From an uncultured Dehalococcoidales bacterium (GTDB taxonomy: Bacteria > Chloroflexota > Dehalococcoidia > GIF9 > AB-539-J10), in the NCBI GenBank assembly GCA_964450165.1, contig CAYVCJ010000001.1:1-46575 (forward strand): a stretch of 46,575 bases of DNA, read 5' to 3'. The position numbers and the translations under genes are program-made. The number at the start of each line of letters is the position of its first letter. Position 1 is the first letter of the stretch. Below the pieces are notes generated by a model that worked only from the letters and a program-made list of their open reading frames with translations, had not been told where the DNA came from and did no database searches. Positions 9,567 through 16,945 of this stretch are shown one piece after another.

Positions 9567-10292
9567 ATGGTCACTGTAGGACTTGACTTGTTGGGGTTGA
9601 GAGATGGTGATTGGTTACTAGATGCTGGTTGCGGTGAGGGAAGACACTCCTGGGTAGCATCTAAGCGAAATCACTCCACCATTATCGCTTTTGATACTGA
9701 TTTGGAGAGCCTCGAAAAAAATAAATACACTCTGGCTCTATTAAAGCAAAAAGGTGAGGTAAACAGTAATAGCCATCTACTGCAAGCCGATATAACGAGT
9801 CTTCCCTTCAAGGATGGTGCTTTCAATAGGATTATATGCTCTGAAGTTTTAGAGCATATACCTCAAGACCGACAAGCAGTCAGAGAGCTGACTAGAGTAT
9901 TGGATAGTGATGGTGCAATGGGAGTCAGTGTGCCGCATTATCTTGCCGAGTCTATCTGCTGGATGCTTTCCAAGGATTACTACGGTTTTCCGGGAGGGCA
10001 CATAAGGAAATATAAGTCTCGACAAATTACTGCTCTCTTGCACTCCAGTGGACTTAATATCTATGCTATCCGCCGCAACCACGCTCTACATTCGTTTTAC
10101 TGGATACTTCGCTGCCTTTTCGGAATCAAAAGGGAAAATGCCTCGCTCCCTTCCTTATACCATAAGTTCCTGACGATTGATATAGACAACAAGCATAAGG
10201 CTCGGCGCTGGCTGGAGGGTTTCCTTAACCTGATCATCCCCAAGAGCATTGTCATTTACACTCGGAAAAAGGGACACCCTTCACTACAATAA
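9567..10292 (+). CDS. Class I SAM-dependent methyltransferase (type 11-like)
   Basis: LLDAGCGEGRHS (motif I), a DITSLPF acidic loop, and ICSEVLEHIP. Confidence 0.75.
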   Translation: MVTVGLDLLGLRDGDWLLDAGCGEGRHSWVASKRNHSTIIAFDTDLESLEKNKYTLALLKQKGEVNSNSHLLQADITSLPFKDGAFNRIICSEVLEHIPQDRQAVRELTRVLDSDGAMGVSVPHYLAESICWMLSKDYYGFPGGHIRKYKSRQITALLHSSGLNIYAIRRNHALHSFYWILRCLFGIKRENASLPSLYHKFLTIDIDNKHKARRWLEGFLNLIIPKSIVIYTRKKGHPSLQ

Positions 10293-11034
10293 TATCTGCT
10301 AACGAAGGAAACAAACGAGCTGCCTTGTCTAAAGCTCCCAGAATACCATAGCAGATTGGCTTCGGAAGCTTGGAAAGAATGCTGCCCCACCAGGGCATAC
10401 CCCATAACAGAGATATTCCTTTGATGCTCTTTATTTGAAAGTTGGCCTTCACCAAATTGTAGAGTGATTGATAATCGAACTTATATGTATGGTCAACAGG
10501 TAAAACCCAGGGAGTTATTTGCTCTTCAGCTTTCGCCCCAAAAACCACTTTTAACCTGGTAACCTTTTTCCCTATACGAAAACCAAGACTCTCGAAATTG
10601 GCTATGGCAATTATCATCTCCCCTTCGGGCTTAAGCACTCTGGAAATTTCTTCCATGGTTTTACTTGGTGACATGAAGTGGTCCAGTGCTCCTTTGCACA
10701 TAACTTTATCGAAGAAGCATGACTTGAATGGTAGAGTCTCTCCCATACCCTGCAATAAAGCTACTGTCGTGTCAGCTTGAGCAAGGTGCTCCTTAGCTCG
10801 ACCTAGCATTACTCTAGAAGGCTCAAGACCGATAGCTATAGCCCCATTGTTCGCTAACTCAGCGGCATCAACAGCTCTACCACATCCTACATCTAATATA
10901 TATTCACCTTCTTTAGCAGCTACGTCTTGAATGATCAGGCGGGGTGTTTGTCGAAATAAGAACTCTAGGTCGGGATGTATTATCGGCGGCACTACATGGT
11001 CATCATCCCATTTCAAATCTAATTTTTCTTCCAT
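10252..11034 (-). CDS. Class I SAM-dependent methyltransferase
   Basis: [16 protein letters not shown] (motif I), LEPS, and [10 protein letters not shown]. Its 3' end overlaps the convergent methyltransferase by 41 nt. Confidence 0.75.
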   Translation of the reverse strand: MEEKLDLKWDDDHVVPPIIHPDLEFLFRQTPRLIIQDVAAKEGEYILDVGCGRAVDAAELANNGAIAIGLEPSRVMLGRAKEHLAQADTTVALLQGMGETLPFKSCFFDKVMCKGALDHFMSPSKTMEEISRVLKPEGEMIIAIANFESLGFRIGKKVTRLKVVFGAKAEEQITPWVLPVDHTYKFDYQSLYNLVKANFQIKSIKGISLLWGMPWWGSILSKLPKPICYGILGALDKAARLFPSLADIIVVKGVPFSECK

Positions 11035-11094
11035 GCTTCCGTTGCATCAATATTACCTCATCCACTACACTATATTCTACCCCTTGGCTTGTTA

Positions 11095-11123
11095 TTGCGT
11101 TGCCTGATGTTCCATGTCATAAT
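11095..11123 (+). promoter_or_regulatory. Candidate recA promoter giving a near-leaderless transcript
   Basis: TTGCGT (11095-11100), 17-nt spacer, CATAAT (11118-11123), then only 9 nt (ACCGCTGAA, no SD) before ATG 11133. Confidence 0.35.
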
Positions 11124-11132
11124 ACCGCTGAA

Positions 11133-12137
11133 ATGTCGACAGAGCGGGAAAAGACCATAGAATTAGCCATCGAGCAAATTGAAAGGCAATTCGGCAAGGG
11201 CTCGATTATGAAATTAGGCAAAGCTTCTGCTGGAGTACCTGTGGAAACTATCTCAACTGGTGCGATAGCTCTCGATTTGGCCCTAGGTGTTGGCGGCATA
11301 CCTAAAGGACGTGTTGTTGAAATCTTTGGTTCCGAAGGCTCAGGTAAAACCACTCTTGCCCAACATATAATTGCCGAAGCTCAAAAGGCTGGTGGCACTG
11401 CTGCGTATGTAGATGCTGAGCACGCACTTGACCCTACATATGCTAACAATTGTGGCGTACAGCTTGATGACTTGCTTATCTCCCAACCTGATACCGGCGA
11501 GGAAGCCCTGGAAATCACTGAGACTCTGGTAAGAAGTGGCGCCATAGATGTAATAGTTATTGATAGCGTAGCCGCATTGGTGCCTAGAGCAGAGATAGAA
11601 GGTGAGATGGGCGATGCCCATGTTGGCTTGCAAGCCCGCTTGATGTCTCAAGCGCTAAGGAAATTAGTCGCTGCTATCAGTAAATCGAAAACAGCAGTGG
11701 TATTTATCAATCAATTACGTGAAAAAGTAGGCATCATCTTTGGCAACCCAGAGATAACACCAGGGGGAAGAGCACTGAAATTCTATAGCTCAGTAAGGAT
11801 AGACTTAAGGAGAGGCGATGCCATTAAGCAAGGCACAGAGATAATTGGCACACGTGTCAGAGCTAGAGTGGTTAAGAACAAGGTATCTCCCCCATTTCGT
11901 AACACCGAATTCGATATAATGTTCAACCATGGGATAAGCAAGGAGGGAGGGTTACTCGACATTGGAGTAGCCACAGGCATAATAAAGAAACTTGGTGCGT
12001 TCTTCAATTATGGCGACACAAAATTGGGACAAGGAAGGGAGAATGCTAAGGACTACTTGACCCAACATCCTGAGGTCGCTTCACAACTGGAACGTGAGAT
12101 TAGAGCTGCAAATGCCTCTTTAGATACTTCCACTTAA
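11133..12137 (+). CDS. recA: Recombinase RecA
   Basis: [26 protein letters not shown], Walker [10 protein letters not shown], and [10 protein letters not shown]. The ORF-track start at 10944 is an unlikely upstream extension. Confidence 0.95.
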   Translation: MSTEREKTIELAIEQIERQFGKGSIMKLGKASAGVPVETISTGAIALDLALGVGGIPKGRVVEIFGSEGSGKTTLAQHIIAEAQKAGGTAAYVDAEHALDPTYANNCGVQLDDLLISQPDTGEEALEITETLVRSGAIDVIVIDSVAALVPRAEIEGEMGDAHVGLQARLMSQALRKLVAAISKSKTAVVFINQLREKVGIIFGNPEITPGGRALKFYSSVRIDLRRGDAIKQGTEIIGTRVRARVVKNKVSPPFRNTEFDIMFNHGISKEGGLLDIGVATGIIKKLGAFFNYGDTKLGQGRENAKDYLTQHPEVASQLEREIRAANASLDTST

Positions 12138-12187
12138 TGAAGCTCGGAAACTTCTAATGCAGAGCTTGTCTAGCTAGAAAGGCTTAC

Positions 12188-12682
12188 ATGGTAGGCAATA
12201 ATGATACTCTTCAGCGCTGCCTTGATTCAGCTTATCGGTATCTTAGTTACCGCCCCCGCAGTGAAGCTGAGATAAGGCAATGCCTGAAACGGCGCAGTTT
12301 TGATAGCGAAGTAGTGGAGAAAACAATCGCGAAACTTAAGGAGCAAAATTTGATTGACGATGTTGCTTTCGCACAGTTTTGGAAGAGTAATCGTTTATCT
12401 TTCAAGCCTAGGAGTAAAAGATTAATAATAAAGGAATTGAAGGATAAAAAGATAGCTCCGGAAGTTATCGAACAAGTAACTCAGGACATAGATGATGAAG
12501 CCAATGCTTATAAGCTAGGTTCCAGTCGGATGCATACCCTGGGTGAGTTAAATTACTTGGACTTCTATAGACGCCTATCCAGCTATCTTAGTTATCGTGG
12601 CTTTAGTTATGCTGTCATCAGACAAATCTTATCCCGCTTGTGGGAAGAAAAGAAGCAAATTAGTAACCAAATAAGCTTATAA
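12188..12682 (+). CDS. recX: RecA regulator RecX
   Basis: 164 aa directly downstream of recA. YLSYRPRSEAEIRQCL and repeated three-helix RecX pattern. Confidence 0.85.
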   Translation: MVGNNDTLQRCLDSAYRYLSYRPRSEAEIRQCLKRRSFDSEVVEKTIAKLKEQNLIDDVAFAQFWKSNRLSFKPRSKRLIIKELKDKKIAPEVIEQVTQDIDDEANAYKLGSSRMHTLGELNYLDFYRRLSSYLSYRGFSYAVIRQILSRLWEEKKQISNQISL

Positions 12683-13841
12683 ACACCCCAGCGGCGGCAG
12701 CCGTGCCAATGACACCAGCTACATTGGGCCCCATGGCATGCATTAGTAAGAAGTTTCTAGGATTAGCTTTTTGCCCCATTCTCTGAACGACTCTAGCTGA
12801 CATAGGCACGGCTGAAACACCAGCAGCCCCAATCATGGGATTTATCTTCGTCTTAAGTACCAAATTCATCAATTTAGCAAAAACCACACCTCCAGCAGTA
12901 GCCAGGGTGAAGGCAAATATACCAATAGCAAACACTAACAATGGTCCAGGATGTAGGAAGGATTGAGCTGATACGTAGGCACCCACACAGAAACCAAGGA
13001 AAATAGTTACTATATCCACGAAGCCGGTAGCTAATGAATTGGACAACCTATCAGTAACGCCAGTGACTGAAAGAAGATTACCCAGCATGAATGTCCCGAT
13101 GAGTGGTAATGCTGAAGGGACTAGAAGTCCAACGATGACAGTAGTATATATCGGGAAAGCTATCTTTTCGAGAGTAGAAACCGACCTTAATTGCGGCGCC
13201 ATATATATTGCTCGTTCCTTTTTGGTAGTCATAGCTCTAATGACCGGGGGTTGGATTAATGGCACCATAGCCATGTAAACATAAGCACTTATAGCGGTAA
13301 ACCCCATAAGATAAGGGGCCAGCGTCTGGGTGAGATAAACCGTGGTTGGACCGTCAGCACCACCTATGATTCCTATGCTGCAGGCCTCAGGAAGAGTAAA
13401 TCCTAATGCTATAGCTACGAACAAGGCGGCATAGACGCCTAATTGGGCTGCCGCCCCCAGTAAGAAATAGATAGGCCGGGCAATAAGAGGACCAAAGTCG
13501 GTCATGGCACCTAACCCGAGAAACATAAGAATAGGGATAATCTCCCACCCAAAACCATACTGGAAAATACGGGATAGAAATCCGATTGGCTCTCCACCCT
13601 GCCCTATTAATTCCACCCAGTGAGGTGGTAGATAACCCACAATAGTACCGTCGGGCATTTGGAAGCCCATGACCCCATAGCCTAAAGGTAAATTGCCCAT
13701 AATAATCCCAAAACCAATGGGCACCAAAATCAGCGGCTCCCATTTCTTAGCTATGCCAGCGTAAATGAATAACCCGCCGATGACGAGCATTATTAACTGC
13801 TGGTAACTGAAGGAAGCTAAGCTCTCCCCTATACCAAACAT
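12660..13841 (-). CDS. Sodium ion-translocating decarboxylase, beta subunit (OadB/MmdB/GcdB family)
   Basis: 393 aa, polytopic. N-terminal QQLIMLVIGGLFIYAGIAKKWEPLILVPIGFG and IGGADGPT are typical of the family. Confidence 0.85.
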   Translation of the reverse strand: MFGIGESLASFSYQQLIMLVIGGLFIYAGIAKKWEPLILVPIGFGIIMGNLPLGYGVMGFQMPDGTIVGYLPPHWVELIGQGGEPIGFLSRIFQYGFGWEIIPILMFLGLGAMTDFGPLIARPIYFLLGAAAQLGVYAALFVAIALGFTLPEACSIGIIGGADGPTTVYLTQTLAPYLMGFTAISAYVYMAMVPLIQPPVIRAMTTKKERAIYMAPQLRSVSTLEKIAFPIYTTVIVGLLVPSALPLIGTFMLGNLLSVTGVTDRLSNSLATGFVDIVTIFLGFCVGAYVSAQSFLHPGPLLVFAIGIFAFTLATAGGVVFAKLMNLVLKTKINPMIGAAGVSAVPMSARVVQRMGQKANPRNFLLMHAMGPNVAGVIGTAAAAGVFISLFGY

Positions 13842-13874
13842 AGCTCGTCTTCCAATTCAAGTCTTACCATAAGC

Positions 13875-14027
13875 TCATTTCTCCGGCTCATTCTCCTGTT
13901 TCTTTTGTGTTTTTTGGGATATTATTCCCATGCCAGAAGTCACCAGCCAAAGGATAATCAAAACGATAAAGACAGTGCCAAATCCCAATCCTGCAACCTT
14001 AATTGCCTCAATCCAATTTACTACCAT
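13875..14027 (-). CDS. Small membrane protein, OadG-like decarboxylase gamma subunit (below ORF-track cutoff)
   Basis: Hand translation gives MVVNWIEAIKVAGLGFGTVFIVLIILWLVTSGMGIISQKTQKKQENEPEK: one TM helix with a G-x-G-x-VF core. AGGAGG lies 10 nt upstream, and the ORF sits 33 nt upstream of the beta subunit. Confidence 0.5.
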   Translation of the reverse strand: MVVNWIEAIKVAGLGFGTVFIVLIILWLVTSGMGIISQKTQKKQENEPEK

Positions 14028-14124
14028 AATTATGTTCCCTCCTAGTTTTCAACAGTATACCGGCCAACCAATAAAAGAGTTAATTGTATAATACTAAAAA
14101 TTATTAATACAAGGATATAAGTAA

Positions 14125-14154
14125 TTGACACTATGTAGCCATGAAGGATATATT
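14125..14154 (+). promoter_or_regulatory. Candidate promoter for tRNA-Ile
   Basis: TTGACA (14125-14130), 18-nt spacer, TATATT (14149-14154), 11 nt before the mature tRNA 5' end. Confidence 0.4.
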
Positions 14155-14165
14155 TATTCAATAAA

Positions 14166-14239
14166 GGGCCATTAGCTCAGTTGGTTAGAGCACGGTCCTG
14201 ATAAGACCGGGGTCTGTGGTTCGAATCCACAATGGCCCA
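14166..14239 (+). tRNA. tRNA-Ile (anticodon GAT)
   Basis: Cloverleaf folded by hand: acceptor GGGCCAT/ATGGCCC, D stem GCTC/GAGC, anticodon stem CGGTC/GACCG with loop CTGATAA, T stem TGTGG/CCACA with loop TTCGAAT. No encoded CCA. Confidence 0.9.
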
Positions 14240-14328
14240 CTATAGGTGTAGAATGCCAATATGCATTAACCCCAGAGCGGCAAAAGAATTATAATCCGGG
14301 GTGAGATTCCCCAAGATTATGAAAGCAT

Positions 14329-16248
14329 ATGGAACCTAATATTGAGACACTTGAGCAAGCAGTAAGTCGAGCTGGCAAGCTTAGCCAGGAAGCAAGGAGA
14401 GCTGCAGAACAATCTGCAAGAGCTTCCCAAGATGCCATAAGCAGAGCTGAGGAAATTAGCCAGGCAGCCATACAGGCTGTTAAGGAAGCAAAGAGAGCCT
14501 CTCGCGACGCTATAAGCAAAGTTGAAAAAATTAGTCAGGCAACTATGGAGGCTGCCCAAGAATCAATAAAGGCAGCCCAAGAAGCAATAAGCAAAGCCCA
14601 GGCATCAGCGAAGACACTTGAAGAAACAGCAAGCAGGATTGAAACATCAGCCCAATCAGCCAAGGATGATACCGAAGCATTGCTAAAGGCATCCCAAGAA
14701 AGAATAAGCAGTGCTGAAGAAATAAGCCGTGCAGCCATCGAAGTTGCTAACAAAGCAGAGGAGGCATCTCGAGAAGCAATAGGTAGGACTGAGGAAGTAA
14801 GTCGTGCAGCAATAGAGGTTGCTGAAAAAGCGAAAAAGACATCACAGAAAGCGGCAACCAAAGCTGAAAAGATAAGTCAAGAAGCCAGAGAGGCTGCTGA
14901 AATACCAATAAAAGCATCGCAAGAAACAATAAGCAAGGCCGAGGCATCAATTAGGCTAGCCACGGAGGCTACGGAGGCGTCGCGAAGGACATTTGAAGAG
15001 GCAATAAGCAGAGCTGACGAAGTAAGTAAAACAGCTATGGAGGCTACACAAGCAGCATCGAGGGTGTTTCAAGAGGCCATGGGCAGAGCTGATAAGATAA
15101 GCAAAACAGCCATGGAGACTACCACGGCGACAGCAAGAGCATCGCAAAAAGCAATCGGTAAAGCTGAAGAAATAAGCCAGGTAGCTTGGGGAGCGGCTGA
15201 AGAGGCAAAAAGGGTGTCTCACGAAACGATGACTAGAGCTGAGAAGATAAGCCAATCAGCCCAGGAAGCGGCTCAAGAGGCAAAGAAACTGTCTCAGGAA
15301 GCAACAAGCAAAGCTGAAGAAATAAGCCAGGTAGCTTGGGGAGCGGCTGAAGAGGCAAAAAGGGTGTCTTACGAAGCGATGACTAGAGCCGAGAAGATGA
15401 GCCAAGGAGCCAAGGAAGCGGCTGAGGAGGCAAAGAAACTGTCTCAGGAAGCAACGAGCAAAGCTGAGAAGATAAGCCAGGCAGCCAAGCAAGCTGCTGA
15501 AGAAGCGAAAAGAGCATCTCAGGAAACAGAAGGTAAGGCTGAACAATTAATCAAATCAGTTATAGAGACTGTCGAAACGGCGGCAAAAACGTCCCGAGAA
15601 GCGATGCGAAGGGCTGAGGAAGCTGCCGAGGAAGCTAAGGGGGTCGCTAGGCAAGTAATAAACGAGGCTGAACAAATAAGCCGAGGCATCCTGGAGGACA
15701 CTGAAGAAGCAAAGAAAGCTTCTCAAAAGGCAATAAGCAAAGTTGACGAAGCAGGCCAAATGGCTAAGGAGACCGCTGAAGAAACGAAAAGAGCATCCCA
15801 GGCCGCTATAAATAAAGGTGAAGAAATAGCTGAAGCGGCTAGCAAAACCATTAGAAAATCTACTGAAGAAGCCAGCAAAGCTGTTATTGCCTCAATAAAG
15901 ACATTCGAAGAGGTAGTTAATAGAGCTGTGGAAACAAGTAAATCAGCCAGGAGGGCTGCAATAGCATCAGTACAAATATTTGAGGAGCTGATAGGCGAGG
16001 CCGGAAAAGAAAGCCAACAAGCTAAGGAAGTTACTGAGGAGCCAGCAAAGGTGTTTGAGGAAGCAATAAGTAAAGATGAAATCAGCGAGGAAGAAGAAGA
16101 GAAGAAGCCAGTAGAGCCCAGCAAGGAAATCGAGGCACGTTTGAACCTGCTCGCCAAAATGTATGCTGCCAATAAAGATAAATATGTTGAAGAAGTTGAA
16201 CAGATTGGGCTGGCAGCAGACGAAGAAGAAGATGTGGAGCAAGACTAA
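14329..16248 (+). CDS. Long alpha-helical tandem-repeat protein (about 20 x 25-residue units), function unknown
   Basis: 639-aa ORF. Almost only A/E/K/S/Q/I/T/R, with no signal peptide or TM segment. Unit consensus is roughly EAISKAEEISQAAxEAAEEAKRASQ. Acidic non-repeat C-terminal tail. Confidence 0.8.
   Translation: MEPNIETLEQAVSRAGKLSQEARRAAEQSARASQDAISRAEEISQAAIQAVKEAKRASRDAISKVEKISQATMEAAQESIKAAQEAISKAQASAKTLEETASRIETSAQSAKDDTEALLKASQERISSAEEISRAAIEVANKAEEASREAIGRTEEVSRAAIEVAEKAKKTSQKAATKAEKISQEAREAAEIPIKASQETISKAEASIRLATEATEASRRTFEEAISRADEVSKTAMEATQAASRVFQEAMGRADKISKTAMETTTATARASQKAIGKAEEISQVAWGAAEEAKRVSHETMTRAEKISQSAQEAAQEAKKLSQEATSKAEEISQVAWGAAEEAKRVSYEAMTRAEKMSQGAKEAAEEAKKLSQEATSKAEKISQAAKQAAEEAKRASQETEGKAEQLIKSVIETVETAAKTSREAMRRAEEAAEEAKGVARQVINEAEQISRGILEDTEEAKKASQKAISKVDEAGQMAKETAEETKRASQAAINKGEEIAEAASKTIRKSTEEASKAVIASIKTFEEVVNRAVETSKSARRAAIASVQIFEELIGEAGKESQQAKEVTEEPAKVFEEAISKDEISEEEEEKKPVEPSKEIEARLNLLAKMYAANKDKYVEEVEQIGLAADEEEDVEQD
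14698..15597 (+). repeat. Twelve consecutive in-register 75-nt (25-codon) coding repeats
   Basis: Residues 124-423 of the 639-aa ORF tile exactly into 25-mers (ERISSAEEISRAAIEVANKAEEASR ... ETEGKAEQLIKSVIETVETAAKTSR). Confidence 0.8.
15160..15459 (+). repeat. Near-identical 150-nt tandem duplication (2 copies, third copy begins at 15460)
   Basis: AAAGCTGAAGAAATAAGCCAGGTAGCTTGGGGAGCGGCTGAAGAGGCAAAAAGGGTGTCT occurs at 15160 and again at 15310. The rest of each unit differs at only a few positions. Confidence 0.85.
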
Positions 16249-16379
16249 GCAAAAGCGAGGCTATACAGACAATTGAAGCGGACTTGTTTGTGTTCAGGAC
16301 TTGTATCCTTGGGTAAACCTGCGTAAACGGCGAGTAAATGTATTAAGAGGAAAGATGTAATAGGAAAAGGAGGTATATT

Positions 16380-16877
16380 ATGTTGAGTCAGGAAGAGCAA
16401 TTTCCCGATACTGATATAGACGAAGGAAAAACTGAACAGCAAGTGAAGAAAGTTTCTAAGAAACCCAAGCAAGCCATAGAATCCCTTACTGAAATTCAGC
16501 AACGAGCAATGATGGCTTACGCGGCCTACATGGATGCTGAACGTCAGGTACAAGAGGCGTATAAGCAACAAGAACGACAGATAGAAAAGGTCTATGAAGG
16601 AGCTAAGCAACAAGCTGCGCAGGCTTGTGAGGAAAATATAGCACAGGCATTGAAAACGCGTGAAGCGACTAAGCAACAAGCTGCAAAGTCTTATGAAGAA
16701 ACTATAGCACAGGCATTGAAAGCTCACGAAGAGGCAGAGCAGCAAGCCAGCAGAATCTCTGAGGAAAACATAGCTCAAGCGTTAAAAATCCGTGAGGAGG
16801 CAGAACAACAAGCCTGGAAATCTCGAAATGAAGGTATAGAGCGTACATGGCAAATCTTTACTAAGAGCAAAGGCTAG
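16380..16877 (+). CDS. Small helical repeat protein (3-4 x 22-residue units), function unknown
   Basis: 165 aa. Strong SD AAGGAGG lies 7 nt before the ATG. Repeats are KQQAAQACEENIAQALKTREAT / KQQAAKSYEETIAQALKAHEEAE / QQASRISEENIAQALKIREEAE. Confidence 0.75.
   Translation: MLSQEEQFPDTDIDEGKTEQQVKKVSKKPKQAIESLTEIQQRAMMAYAAYMDAERQVQEAYKQQERQIEKVYEGAKQQAAQACEENIAQALKTREATKQQAAKSYEETIAQALKAHEEAEQQASRISEENIAQALKIREEAEQQAWKSRNEGIERTWQIFTKSKG
16605..16850 (+). repeat. 66/69-nt coding tandem repeats
   Basis: Unit starts at 16605, 16671, 16740 and 16806. The core ATAGCACAGGCATTGAAA is repeated. Confidence 0.7.
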
Positions 16878-16945
16878 GGAAAAACCTGCCTTCTTGCTAT
16901 GTCTCCATCTACTACGGGGAAGCTAATATATCAGCTATTTCGTAA

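Noticed and set aside
10944-11132. An upstream extension of recA (ORF-track start at 10944, 63 extra residues).
   Set aside because: The extension overlaps the opposite-strand methyltransferase and has no RecA-like sequence. A canonical RecA N-terminus ([12 protein letters not shown]...) begins at ATG 11133, just after a promoter-like element.
14289-16242. A series of minus-strand ORFs (76-149 aa; Leu/Ser/Cys/Phe-rich) overlapping the 639-aa repeat gene.
   Set aside because: They are the antisense shadow of a GAA/GCA/AAG-rich repeat. They have low-complexity composition, are fragmented across frames, and have no SD or start context. The plus-strand frame is a single uninterrupted 1.9-kb ORF with clean periodicity.
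16245-16778. A 177-aa minus-strand ORF opposite the 165-aa repeat protein.
   Set aside because: Same antisense low-complexity artefact. The plus-strand ORF has a strong AAGGAGG SD and a coherent repeat structure.
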